Both the position numbers and the translations under genes were made by a program. This document shows positions 36,486 to 46,638 of a stretch of 64,000 nucleotides of DNA, in pieces; the first letter of the stretch is position 1, and every line of letters starts with the position of its first letter. This DNA comes from Abditibacterium sp. (GTDB lineage: Bacteria > Armatimonadota > Abditibacteriia > Abditibacteriales > Abditibacteriaceae), in NCBI GenBank assembly GCA_965199495.1, contig CBDASK010000003.1, forward strand, positions 3,488,001 through 3,552,000. Direction: 5' to 3'. The notes below the pieces were generated by a model that had not been told where the DNA came from, ran no database searches, and was given only the letters and a program-made list of their open reading frames with translations.

Positions 36486-36660
36486 GGAAAATTCAATGTT
36501 TTTCCAACGGATTTGGTGAACGCGTGCAATTTGCGCGCGCTTGAGTTAAAATAGCGGCGTTGCTTTTTATACGTCGTTTATTTTTGACGTATACCTTTTT
36601 CCCGTCATAAGTTGATAAAGAAGTTTCATCGTTTTGACCATTTTGCAATCTTTACCCCTC

Positions 36661-39600
36661 ATGGATCCTCTCTCTTTCTCTCGCGTGTCCGCATCGCGCC
36701 GTGTTCTGGCGTTCGCTTCGAGCGCTGCGCTGTTGGCGGTTATCGCGCCCGGTCTGGCCCAGTCGCAGAGCAGTTTCCCCGTGTTGCCCGCTGCGCCTGC
36801 GATGCCCGAATCGGTGGCGATGACGCGCGCCAATATGAGCGCTTCGCCCACGGCGACCAACAAGCTGACGCCGATCCCGTTTCGGGCGCCGACGGCGCGC
36901 ACGATTCGCGTTTCTAAAATCAACGCGGCCAACGCTTATCCCTACGTCAACCGCGCTGCCAAAGCGCTGGGCGCGGGCAACACGGCGGAGGCGCTCTCGC
37001 TTTATCGCCGCGCTTACCAACTCGATCCGACCAATCCCTACGCGGCGCCCGGCGTGGGCACCGCGCTGCTAATTCAGGGTAAGTTCGCCGAAGCGGCCAC
37101 GACGTTTCGCAATCATTTGGTGACCAATCCGGGCGACATGCAATCGCTGCGTGGTCTGGCCGATGCGCTGACTTTCTCGCGCAAATATCGCGAGGCGTTG
37201 GGCGTCAACAATTACATTTTGGCGCGCTCGCCGCGCAACTTCGATTCGCTCTTTCAAAACGCGCAAATCGCGACTTACGCGGGCGATTACAAACTGTCGG
37301 AAACCTACTTCAACCGCGCTTCGGGCGTCAACAAAAGCAACGCCAAGTTTTGGACGAGCTGGGGCGAATCGCTTTCTTACCGCCGCAATCCGCGCGCGCT
37401 CAACGCGTTCAATCGCGCGTTGCAGTTGCAGCCGAACGATGTGCGCGCCACGATGGGCATCGCCGATTATTATATTTACACCTCGCAGTTCGGTAAAGCC
37501 GTCGAGCCGCTGCAAACCGTGCTGGCGTTACAGCCCAACAACACCGAAGCCTTGATTGGTCTGGGCGATTCGCTCTCCTATATCAACCAGCCGCGCGACG
37601 CCGTGGCTCCTTATCAAAAGGCGCTGCAACTCAAGCCCAATGACCTCAAAGCGCGTTTGGGATTGGGCCGCGCCCTCGTTTATTCGGGCCGCGACGCGCA
37701 GGGCGAAACCGAACTGCGTCGTGTTTTGGCGGTTCAGCCGGGCAATCGCGAGGCTTTGGAAGCTCTCGCCGTTGCGCAAAACGCGACGGCGCCGACGCAG
37801 GCGTTGCAGACTTATCGTACCTTGCTCAATGGCACCAAAGATAGCGCCAAGCGCGCGAGCATTTTGGCTTCGATGGGCGATTTGCAGTTGGGCGCGGGCG
37901 ACTTGAACGCGGCGGCCAGTTCGTATCAACAGGCGTCGCAATTGGCGCCGACTAACGCCGAAATCAATTTGAGCTACGCCCAGATTTTGGGCTACAACGA
38001 CGATTACGCGACGGCTGGCCCCATCGTCGAGCAGGTTTTGGCGGTCGAGCCGACCAACCCGCGCGCCCTCGCGTTGCAGGTGCAGGTCGCGGCCAAGGGC
38101 GGCGACAAAGCGCGCGCGACCGAACTCGCGGCCAAACTGCGCGACATTACGCCCGCAACCGCCGAAGACGCCCTTGCTTTGGCTGACGCTTTGCGCGACG
38201 CGGGCGACCAGAAGGCAGCCACGGCGCTGCTCGTGCGCGCTTCGGGGCTTTCGAGCGACCCGGCAATTGGTCTGCGCATCGCCAACGCGACGCGCGACGG
38301 CGGCGATTACGCCGGTTCGGTCGAACTTTATAACCGTCTGCTGCGCGCCAATCCCAACGATGTTCCGGCCCGCGTCAATCTGTCGCGCGCGCTTTATTAC
38401 GACAACAATCTGAGCGAAGCGACCAATCAGATTGACCAAGTTTTGCAGTTAGACGCGCAGAATCAGGACGCGCTGTTGGTGCGCGCCGAAGTGTTGCTGG
38501 CGGGCGATACCGATCAGGGCCGCACGCAGGCCCAGGACATCGCCAACACGATTTTGGCGGGCGGCGCCAACGCGACGGCTTCCAACATCGCGGGCGAAGT
38601 TTTGACTTCGCGCCAGCAGTTCTCCGCCGCCATTGACCAGTTCCGCAAAACCCTGCAAACCGATCCGAATAACCTGCAAGCGCAGTTGGGTTTGGCGCGC
38701 AACCTTTATTATTCGCGCCAAGTGGACGATTCGATTAGCGCCTATCAAAAGCTGATCGGCGAGGCGCCCGCCGACACCCTGCCGCGTTTGGAATTGGCGC
38801 AGATTTTTCTGGATCGCAACCGTTTCAGCGAGGCCGAAGTGCTGTTCAACGAGGTTCTGACGTTGCAGCAACGCGGCGTGGCTGCCTTGCCCGCCGCGCG
38901 CCGCGCCAGCGAGCGCGGCGAGTTGGCCCGGCTCAATCCGGGCGCATTGCGCAACTCGATCCTCAAAGACAAAACGCTCGCCAAGTTGGCCAGCCTCAAC
39001 GTCAACGATGGCATCGGCAGTCCCGTTGATGCGGGCGCGCTTAAAGTCGTCACCGTCGCGTTTGCGCAGATGAAGCCCAAATCTGCCGCGCACAAAATTG
39101 TTGCGTCAAAAGCCGTCGCGCACAAAGCTGTCGCGCCCAAGCGTTTGGCTCAGTCCGCGTCGCCGACGGTAGGCGTTGGTGGCGATTTGGGCACGGCGGC
39201 ACCGCCCGCCGTTTCGTCACCGATTACTCCCGCCGCGCCGACGCCGGGTGCCGGAGTGCCCGATGCCGGAGCGCCGGGCGCCGATGCTCCGACGATGACG
39301 CCCGACGACACGTTCGTGCCGACCGCGCCGTTGCCCGAAGGCGGCATGCGCGGGCGTCAGATCGTGCCGCGCGTGCCGACGGGCGTGGGCGAAAATAATA
39401 TCTTCACCTCGCCGCTTTCGCCGGGCGCGACGGTCAACTCCACGACTTCCGACAAAGTCAAGGCCTATACCGGCCTGGGCGAAGTCCGTTTGCGTCAGGG
39501 CCGCTACGCCGAGGCGCTCGAACTGTTCAAACAGGCGCTGCAACTCGATCCCAACGCCGTCCCGCCGCGCATCGGCGCGGCGCGTTCGTTGCGTGGCCAG

Positions 39601-42084
39601 AGCCAATTCACCGACGCCCTGACCGAAGTCGGGCGCGCGTTGCAGGTCGCGCCTACCGATTTGAAGGCGCGCGTGCTGCGCGCGCAATTGTTGGCCGACA
39701 CTGGACAAGGCGCCGCCGCGCAAACCGAATTGGACAATCTGATCGGTTCGCTGCCAGAAAATGCGCCGCTCGACACGATTTTGACGTTGTCGGAATCGCT
39801 CAATTCGCTGCGCAACTACACATCGTCTTTGCAATTGCTGGATGTGGCGCTTCAGCTTTATCCCAATGAACCGGCGCCGCTTCGCCTCAAGGCCGAAACG
39901 CTGAACTTTGCCGGACGCTACGACGATTCGCTGAAACTTTACGATCAACTCATCGCCGCCGACCCGCAGGATGGCGACGCGATTCTGGGCAAGGCGCGCG
40001 TTTACAATTATTCCAACCGCTTACCCGAAGCCGAAACGACTTATCGCAGCGTTTTGGCGGTGCAGCCCGAGAACTATCAGGCGGCGACCGAGTTGGCCGA
40101 TGTGTTGGGCCGTCGCGGCAACTATCCCGACGCGATTCAGCTTTACGCTTTGGCGATTCAGGGCAACCCGTCCGATTTGGCGACGCGCGTCGAACTGGCG
40201 CGCGTGCAGCGTTACGCCGGGCGCGAATCGGACGCCGAAGCGACTTTAACGCAGGTGCTCGATTCGGATGGAAACAACGTCGGCGCTTTGACCGAGCGCG
40301 GCATTTTGCGTGGCGTGCAGGGCAGCTATGCGCCCGCCATCGCCGATTTGCAGCAGGCCTTGCAAATCGCGCCCGAAGACACGAATGCGCAATTGGGTTT
40401 GGCCGAAGTTCAGGGCTACGCCGGACAATACGAGCAGAGCATCGCCGGTTATCGCGCGGTTTTGACGCGCGAGCCGAACAACGAAAAGGCGCGCGCCGAA
40501 CTGGGCGAAGTTTTGTCCTATTCGGGCGACGACGCGGGCGCATTGCAGGAATTGGACGCCGTTTTGGCGACCAATCCGACCAACCTGACGGCGCGTCTGA
40601 CTAAAGCCAGCGTGCTGGGACGAGGCAACCGCACAACGGAAGCGGTCAAAATCTACAACGATGTTTTGGCCGCAGACCCGCGCAACGCGCGCGCTCGTTC
40701 TGGTTTAGCCGATACCTACGTGACGAGTCGCCGCTACGCCGACGCGATCAAGGTTTACGATCAACTCATCGCCGACGCGCCGGACAACACGACTTACAAA
40801 ATCGCCCGCGCAAGGGCGTTGGGCTATAACCGCCAATACGTCGCGGCTTCGGATTCGTTGCGCCAAGTCATCACCGCCGAGCCGGATAATCTGGCGGCGC
40901 GTCTGGCGTTTGCCGAAGTCGGCACCAATTCGGGCAATCGCGGACTTCGCAACGGCGCCATCGCCGAATATCAACGTTTGGTCGCCGCCGATGCGACCAA
41001 CGTTCCGGCGCGCGTCGGGTTGGCGCGCGCGCTTTCCTATAACGGTCAATTCAAAGGGGCCGAAGCAACGTTGACGCCGATTGTGGCCGCCGATCCGAAA
41101 AACACCGATGCGCGCATCGCGTTGGCTGATGCGCAGCGTTTCGGTGGCAAGCCGTTCGCCGCGCGCGACAACTACAAAGAAGTTTTGGCCGCCGATCCGA
41201 ACAACGTCGGCGCGAAAAACGGCTTGGACGCGACGCGCCGGGGCACGCGGCCTTCGGTTGGCGTTTCGGGTTCGTATTACAACGATACCAACGGCGTTCG
41301 TTTGCGTTCGATCAACGAGAACGCGGCGCTTCGCACGCGCGGCGGCGTCATCGGCGTCATCGCCGAGCAGGGCCGTTTCCAGCAGGGGCCATACCGCGCC
41401 AATCGTAATAACATTGGCCTCTCGTATGGCAAATCGTTCGGCCCGATTCAGGCCGTGGCTGCCATCAGTCGTCTGAAATATAGCGGCGTCAGCGAGAAAT
41501 TCCTCTACGATTTGTCGCTCGTCAATTCGAGCGTCGAGCGCCGTCGCTACTTCCTGGGAACCGGTCGCCGCGATGTTTACGAGAGCGCCCAGGCCGTCGC
41601 GCAGGGCATCACAGCGACGACCTATCGTGGCGGATTCAACGTGCCAATCGGCAGCAAACTCGACTTCGAGTTGCAGGGCGTCTACTACCGCTATTCGGAC
41701 GACAACTCGCGCTACTCGATTTTGCCTGCGCTCTACTATCGTTTGCGCCCAACGACGCCAACGCTGCGCGTCGGCCTGGGCTACGCCTACGACGATACCA
41801 AGAACCTGCGCAACATCTACTACACGCCGCAAGGCTACTCGGCCTTTTCGGTGTTGGCCGATTACTCCCACGACATCGGCAAGACGCGCTACGGCTTCAA
41901 CGCGGGCGTGCCTTTGACCAGCTCGACCGGTACCAACGGCGTCAACCGTCCGTCCGACACGCTGTTTGGCTACATCTCGCGCGATTTGGGCAACTCGCTC
42001 GAAGTGTTCGCCAACGGCGGCATCGTAAGGTCGCCCGATTTCCATTCGGATCAAATCAATTTCGGCGGCAATTTGTGGTTCTAA
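36661..42084 (+). CDS. Giant exported TPR protein with C-terminal outer-membrane beta-barrel-like domain
   Basis: Signal peptide; very many TPRs; Pro/Ala-rich linker; alternating beta-strand C-terminus ending GNLWF. Confidence 0.9.
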   Translation: MDPLSFSRVSASRRVLAFASSAALLAVIAPGLAQSQSSFPVLPAAPAMPESVAMTRANMSASPTATNKLTPIPFRAPTARTIRVSKINAANAYPYVNRAAKALGAGNTAEALSLYRRAYQLDPTNPYAAPGVGTALLIQGKFAEAATTFRNHLVTNPGDMQSLRGLADALTFSRKYREALGVNNYILARSPRNFDSLFQNAQIATYAGDYKLSETYFNRASGVNKSNAKFWTSWGESLSYRRNPRALNAFNRALQLQPNDVRATMGIADYYIYTSQFGKAVEPLQTVLALQPNNTEALIGLGDSLSYINQPRDAVAPYQKALQLKPNDLKARLGLGRALVYSGRDAQGETELRRVLAVQPGNREALEALAVAQNATAPTQALQTYRTLLNGTKDSAKRASILASMGDLQLGAGDLNAAASSYQQASQLAPTNAEINLSYAQILGYNDDYATAGPIVEQVLAVEPTNPRALALQVQVAAKGGDKARATELAAKLRDITPATAEDALALADALRDAGDQKAATALLVRASGLSSDPAIGLRIANATRDGGDYAGSVELYNRLLRANPNDVPARVNLSRALYYDNNLSEATNQIDQVLQLDAQNQDALLVRAEVLLAGDTDQGRTQAQDIANTILAGGANATASNIAGEVLTSRQQFSAAIDQFRKTLQTDPNNLQAQLGLARNLYYSRQVDDSISAYQKLIGEAPADTLPRLELAQIFLDRNRFSEAEVLFNEVLTLQQRGVAALPAARRASERGELARLNPGALRNSILKDKTLAKLASLNVNDGIGSPVDAGALKVVTVAFAQMKPKSAAHKIVASKAVAHKAVAPKRLAQSASPTVGVGGDLGTAAPPAVSSPITPAAPTPGAGVPDAGAPGADAPTMTPDDTFVPTAPLPEGGMRGRQIVPRVPTGVGENNIFTSPLSPGATVNSTTSDKVKAYTGLGEVRLRQGRYAEALELFKQALQLDPNAVPPRIGAARSLRGQSQFTDALTEVGRALQVAPTDLKARVLRAQLLADTGQGAAAQTELDNLIGSLPENAPLDTILTLSESLNSLRNYTSSLQLLDVALQLYPNEPAPLRLKAETLNFAGRYDDSLKLYDQLIAADPQDGDAILGKARVYNYSNRLPEAETTYRSVLAVQPENYQAATELADVLGRRGNYPDAIQLYALAIQGNPSDLATRVELARVQRYAGRESDAEATLTQVLDSDGNNVGALTERGILRGVQGSYAPAIADLQQALQIAPEDTNAQLGLAEVQGYAGQYEQSIAGYRAVLTREPNNEKARAELGEVLSYSGDDAGALQELDAVLATNPTNLTARLTKASVLGRGNRTTEAVKIYNDVLAADPRNARARSGLADTYVTSRRYADAIKVYDQLIADAPDNTTYKIARARALGYNRQYVAASDSLRQVITAEPDNLAARLAFAEVGTNSGNRGLRNGAIAEYQRLVAADATNVPARVGLARALSYNGQFKGAEATLTPIVAADPKNTDARIALADAQRFGGKPFAARDNYKEVLAADPNNVGAKNGLDATRRGTRPSVGVSGSYYNDTNGVRLRSINENAALRTRGGVIGVIAEQGRFQQGPYRANRNNIGLSYGKSFGPIQAVAAISRLKYSGVSEKFLYDLSLVNSSVERRRYFLGTGRRDVYESAQAVAQGITATTYRGGFNVPIGSKLDFELQGVYYRYSDDNSRYSILPALYYRLRPTTPTLRVGLGYAYDDTKNLRNIYYTPQGYSAFSVLADYSHDIGKTRYGFNAGVPLTSSTGTNGVNRPSDTLFGYISRDLGNSLEVFANGGIVRSPDFHSDQINFGGNLWF

Positions 42085-42101
42085 ATTGCGCCGGACAATT
42101 C

Positions 42102-42139
42102 AAAAAAACGCCTCGACGAAAGTCGGGGCGATTTTTTTT
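42102..42139 (+). terminator. Intrinsic terminator
   Basis: CGCCTCGAC-GAAA-GTCGGGGCG followed by A and T8. Confidence 0.85.
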
Positions 42140-42376
42140 GCGTTTATCGCGTGATTTAGAGGCAATTGCGACTCTCACCCCCTCTGGGCTTCGCCCATCT
42201 CCCCCTCCGAAAGGGGGAGAATGCGCACTTACTGTTTATTATTCGCGAAACTTGTGGCTATGTCGAAGGTTTGAGCGCATTCTCCCCCTTTCGGAGGGGG
42301 AGATGGGCGAAGCCCAGAGGGGGTGAGAGTCGCAATTGCCTCTAAATCACGCGATAAACGCAAAAAAAATCGCCCC
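42125..42376. repeat. 102-bp perfect inverted repeat with CACCCCCTCTG...CTCCCCCTCCGAAAGGGGGAG core
   Basis: Arms 42125-42226 and 42275-42376. Confidence 0.92.
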
Positions 42377-42414
42377 CGAAATATTTCGGAAGCGATTTCA
42401 TCTTCAACTCAATT

Positions 42415-42807
42415 TCAAGCCCGTGCCATCTGCGGCCCAAAAATCGGTGCGGACATTTTTTTCTCGCCGATGCTATCGTGCAATACTTCGCCCAGACGAG
42501 CCACGTCGAGCGGCTTGGGCATGAAATGTTGTGCCGGGCTGTCTTCGATGTCAATATCGAGCGCCGAAGTTAAAACGATAACGGGCGCGTTGGGCAAATC
42601 GCTGGCGCGCTCGGCCAGTTCCAATCCGGTCATGCCGGGCATTTTTACGTCGGAAATCAAAAACTCAAAAGCGCCGCGCCGCAGCAAGTTGAGCGCCTGC
42701 CAACCGTTCTGGGCGACCGTCACTTCGTGACCACCGCGTCGCAGAGCAATCGCGAGCGTGAGCAGCACGTTAGTGTCGTCGTCTACCAGAAGAATGTGGG
42801 CCATCAT
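42415..42807 (-). CDS. Single-domain response regulator
   Basis: ILLVDDD, ISDVKMPGMTG, LTS, KP. Confidence 0.92.
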   Translation of the reverse strand: MMAHILLVDDDTNVLLTLAIALRRGGHEVTVAQNGWQALNLLRRGAFEFLISDVKMPGMTGLELAERASDLPNAPVIVLTSALDIDIEDSPAQHFMPKPLDVARLGEVLHDSIGEKKMSAPIFGPQMARA

Positions 42808-42896
42808 GATCACGGCGATGAATAATAAGAGGGAATCGCCAAAATTGGATAAGGCAAATCAAATGCCGAGTTAATAAACGATTTAGCCAAAAGTCG

Positions 42897-43460
42897 CTAA
42901 TTCAATCCCAAGCGTCTTTGCCATTTGTAAACGCGCTTTTTGTTGCGGCGCCGCGTATCAGCCCATTCGACCAATTGTTCGCGCAATTGCGGCTTCATTT
43001 TGAGCGGCGCGTAAATCGCGTGAATATGTTCGCCGCCCTTCCAATGGCCCTTTTCTCGATAAAAAGCGGCAAAACCTTGGCTCGCCAATCCTTCCAATAA
43101 ATTGTTGATTTGCGCCCGCGATAAATCCTGCGTGCCGATGTCAACGGCGGCGCAGTAATCCAATTTTTGGCCGCGATATTTTACCGTTCCATCGCGATGG
43201 TGATAACCAAACGATTTGGGATTGTCGCCAATCGTTTGTCCGATACGCCGTGGCTGCACCTTCGCGCGGTAACAGGCGCGCATAAATCCATCAAAGGCGG
43301 CGGGCGCCATTCCGTAAGGGCGCGTCGGTGGCGGCAACGGCACCATCGAAGACAATCCGTAGGGCGTCACGATTTGGTTGAGCGCGAGCAACCACGGCAC
43401 GCCGATAGCGAACAGAGCGCACAAAACGACGAAGAAAAATAAACGCTTGAAAACGCGCAT
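42897..43460 (-). CDS. Membrane-anchored hypothetical protein, possible M15/LAS-type zinc peptidase
   Basis: N-terminal TM segment; GYHHRDG...AAVDI...EHIHA. Confidence 0.65.
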   Translation of the reverse strand: MRVFKRLFFFVVLCALFAIGVPWLLALNQIVTPYGLSSMVPLPPPTRPYGMAPAAFDGFMRACYRAKVQPRRIGQTIGDNPKSFGYHHRDGTVKYRGQKLDYCAAVDIGTQDLSRAQINNLLEGLASQGFAAFYREKGHWKGGEHIHAIYAPLKMKPQLREQLVEWADTRRRNKKRVYKWQRRLGLN

Positions 43461-43532
43461 TGCGCAGAGTTTAAAGCAGAAAATCAATCCGCCATCTTTA
43501 TCCGCTGGCTTTTTGCATCTATCCTTTTTCCC

Positions 43533-44108
43533 ATGTCTCCGCACGAACGCGCCATTATCCGCGATTTTCCCGCTCGTCTTTATTCGGAAAGATTGGAATT
43601 TCGCGCGCCCACGCCCGACGACGCGACTTTTATGAATCCGGCGATCTTAGCTTCGATGAGTTCGCTGCAACCGTGGATGAGTTGGGCCAAGACGCCGCCT
43701 TCGATGGACGAGACGCGGCTTTATTGTCGCCGCGCTTTACTCGAATGGCACGACCGCGAAAGCCTCGATTATCGCTTGTTTCTGAACGATAATTTCGTCG
43801 GCAACTGCGCGGTTCACACCATTAACTGGGACTTGCCGGGCGCGCAGTTGGGTTATTGGCTGCACACCGATTACCAAGGTCAAGGTTTAATGAACGAAGC
43901 CGTCGAGCGTCTGACGCAATTCGCGTTTGACGAATTGAAACTGGTGAGATTAGAAATTCGCTGCAACGCGCGCAACCTCGCCTCAGCGGGCGTGGCTGCT
44001 CGCGCTGGCTTTGAGCAAGAAGCACATTTGCGCAAAAGCTATCGCAGCGCCGACGGCACGCTCAACGACGCGTTTTTCTTCGCCAAAGTTCGGGAAGACG
44101 CGCGTTGA
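43533..44108 (+). CDS. RimJ/RimL-type GNAT acetyltransferase
   Basis: SERLEFR, LQPWMSW, LGYWL...YQGQGLM.EAV, N.ASAGVAARAGF. Confidence 0.93.
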   Translation: MSPHERAIIRDFPARLYSERLEFRAPTPDDATFMNPAILASMSSLQPWMSWAKTPPSMDETRLYCRRALLEWHDRESLDYRLFLNDNFVGNCAVHTINWDLPGAQLGYWLHTDYQGQGLMNEAVERLTQFAFDELKLVRLEIRCNARNLASAGVAARAGFEQEAHLRKSYRSADGTLNDAFFFAKVREDAR

Positions 44109-44150
44109 ATCGTTGAATTGAGGTGCTCTATCGCACTTCGGCGCATTAAT

Positions 44151-44246
44151 AATGTAGGGGCGGGGTTCTCCCGCCCAAAATGTCAGCTATCATAATCGTT
44201 CGTGATCCATTGTGCCTTTTGGGCGGGAGAACCCCGCCCCTACATT
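44151..44246. repeat. GTAG-type REP doublet
   Basis: AATGTAGGGGCGGGGTTCTCCCGCCCAAAA and its exact inverse. Confidence 0.88.
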
Positions 44247-44518
44247 GTCGAATGGCTGCGCTCCAAACAACGCCCTTAATCGCCCGATTATCTCATTCTA
44301 TCTCACAACAATATTACGGCGAATCATCTATAATTTTGCCGCAATACAATTGATAATCGATAATTATATCAAAATTCCGCACGCGATATTGGGAAGATGT
44401 AAGATATGTATTGTGCCGCCAACGAGAGGCAATTCCCCCAAGTAAAGGGCGCCGAGGACGGCATAAAAGTTTTGCAGTTTCGCTTTGATTGAACTGCTTT
44501 AAAAGGAAAGTGAGAGCA

Positions 44519-46330
44519 ATGAAATTGACCCCAGTGGGCAAAGTGACGGTGTTGGTTGTGGTGGCGGGCGCCGCGTTTGGCGTCTACCGTTCGTGGGACA
44601 AAATCGCGCCCGGAGCGGCCAACAAAGATTCGGTGACACCACAGAAAATTGACCTGCCGACCAATGGAGCCACGGCGGGTTCGTTGACCCAGACCGACTT
44701 TCAGGTCGCGGGCGACAATCCAGGTTGCACCGACAAAGCCGAAGTCCGCGTTTTGGGCTACGCCTGGAATGCTCAGCAGGGAATGTTGCTGGCCAATGGC
44801 GGCCCGCAGGCGACGCAGGGCAGCTTGATGTGCGAGAACGGCGTGAACCTGAAATGGGCGCGCCAGGACGACAACTCCAAATTGCAGGAATCGTTGGTCA
44901 CGTTCGCGACGGCGCTGAGCCGGGGCGAGAAGAACCCGACCAAAGGCGCGCATTTCGTGACGATTATGGGTGACGGTGGCGCGGCGTTTATCAAGCCGCT
45001 CAACGATTCGCTGCGCAGAATCGGGCCGGAATATGGGGCGAAAATCGTTGATGCCATCGGCTATTCGCGCGGCGAAGATAAGTTCATGGGGCCAGTCGCG
45101 TGGCGCGACAATCCCGCCGCTTCCAAAGGCGGCGTGGTTGCCGGAGTTTTGCGCGATGGCGACTGGAATATCGCGCAGAAATGGTTGGGCGACAACGGTC
45201 TCAAAACCAATCCCGACGAGAAAACCTGGGATCCCGACGCGCTCAACTGGATTTCGGCCAACGATTATCTCGATGCCGTCGAGAAGTATGTCGCCGGTTA
45301 TTCCGAGACGCGGCCCGTGGTGCGCAACGGCGTGAAAACCGGCGAAACCAAAACGATTCGCGTTGATGGCGTCGTGACATGGACGCCGGGCGATGTCACG
45401 GTCGCTCAGAAAAAGGGCGGTCTGGTTTCGATTATTTCGACGCGCGAATACTCGTCGCAGATGCCGTGCATCGTGATCGGCATCGACAAATGGTGCCGCG
45501 AGAATAAGGGCACCGTGCAAAGCATGATCAAGGCGATTGGCGAGGGCAGCCAACAGATTCAGAGCAACCCGGCGGCTCTCAAGCGTTCGAGCGCGATTGC
45601 CGCGCAGGTTTTCGCCGAAAAGGGCGCCGATGCCGGTTACTGGGAGAAGTATTTCAAGGGTACGACCGAGCGCGACGCGACCGGCGAAATGGTGCAGTTG
45701 GGTGGTTCGTCGGTGAACAATCTGGCCGATAGCCTGCTGGCGTTTGGCCAGGTGCCGGGCAGCGCGAATTTGGTGGCGACGACTTACACCGTCTTTGGCA
45801 ACCTGGTGAAGTCGCAATACCCGGAATTCGTGCCGTCGTTCGACCCGGCGTCGAGCGTGATAGACGGTTCATATTTGAAGGCAGTCGCCGACAAGATGAC
45901 GAATCGCCAGAAATCGCTCATTGCCAAAGCCAAGCCGTCGTTTGTAGCCGCCAAACAGAACGGAGCCACGCGCAAATTGGTGAGCCGCCGTCAGTGGAAC
46001 ATCCAGTTCAACCCCGGCAAGGCGACGTTTACACCCGCCGCCAAAGCCGAGTTGAACCAGTTGGGCCGCGACCTGCTCATCGCGGGCGGCACGACGGTTG
46101 AAGTTCACGGGCACACCGATAACAGCGGCGACCCGCGCACTTCGATGCCGTTGTCGGAAGCGCGCGCGTTCGCGGTCTCGAATTACCTGAAAACGTTGTC
46201 GCCGGTCAACTTTCCGGCGGGACGAGTTCAGGTTTTCGCGCACGGCGAGAGCCAGCCGCTCGTGCCCAACACGTCGGCGGCGAATAAAGCCAAAAATCGT
46301 CGCGTCGAGATCGTGTTGCGCGCGGCGTAA
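44519..46330 (+). CDS. ABC-type substrate-binding-like protein fused to a C-terminal OmpA-like peptidoglycan-binding domain
   Basis: N-terminal TM anchor; GYSRGED and VTWTP in the binding-protein-like part; VHGHTD, LSEARA.AV, NRRVEI. Confidence 0.85.
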   Translation: MKLTPVGKVTVLVVVAGAAFGVYRSWDKIAPGAANKDSVTPQKIDLPTNGATAGSLTQTDFQVAGDNPGCTDKAEVRVLGYAWNAQQGMLLANGGPQATQGSLMCENGVNLKWARQDDNSKLQESLVTFATALSRGEKNPTKGAHFVTIMGDGGAAFIKPLNDSLRRIGPEYGAKIVDAIGYSRGEDKFMGPVAWRDNPAASKGGVVAGVLRDGDWNIAQKWLGDNGLKTNPDEKTWDPDALNWISANDYLDAVEKYVAGYSETRPVVRNGVKTGETKTIRVDGVVTWTPGDVTVAQKKGGLVSIISTREYSSQMPCIVIGIDKWCRENKGTVQSMIKAIGEGSQQIQSNPAALKRSSAIAAQVFAEKGADAGYWEKYFKGTTERDATGEMVQLGGSSVNNLADSLLAFGQVPGSANLVATTYTVFGNLVKSQYPEFVPSFDPASSVIDGSYLKAVADKMTNRQKSLIAKAKPSFVAAKQNGATRKLVSRRQWNIQFNPGKATFTPAAKAELNQLGRDLLIAGGTTVEVHGHTDNSGDPRTSMPLSEARAFAVSNYLKTLSPVNFPAGRVQVFAHGESQPLVPNTSAANKAKNRRVEIVLRAA

Positions 46331-46380
46331 ATTATGTTTCGATTCGCGACGAGCCTTTCGGGGTTCGTCGCGGGTTGAAC

Positions 46381-46573
46381 GTTGGAGGAAAGCGCTGACG
46401 CGTGCCCCTCACCCTAACCCTCTCCCACAGGAGAGGGGACACTCGCTCGAAAGTTGGAATTGCTTCAACTTGCTTAATAAGTGAGTTGAAAACGCTTTGG
46501 CCTACGAGCAGGTGTCCCCTCTCCTGAGGGAGAGGGTTAGGGTGAGGGGCACGCGTCAGCGCTTTCCTCCAAC
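46381..46573. repeat. CCCCTCACCCTAACCCTCTCC-type long inverted repeat
   Basis: 62-bp arms 46381-46442/46512-46573 with one mismatch. Confidence 0.9.
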
Positions 46574-46638
46574 CCAAAACTCCAACACGCTAAAAATCAG
46601 TGAAGAGGCCAAACGTCACCGCTTTCTTCCCCACTCCC

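Noticed and set aside
44411..44466. Lysine or glycine riboswitch suggested by AGAGG...CGCCGA
   Set aside because: Far too short and lacks the remaining helices; kept only as an unassigned stem-loop
44369..45817. 482-aa minus-strand ORF (likewise 40705..42054, 19895..21052 and 50049..51098)
   Set aside because: Antisense shadows of well-supported genes, expected in GC-rich DNA
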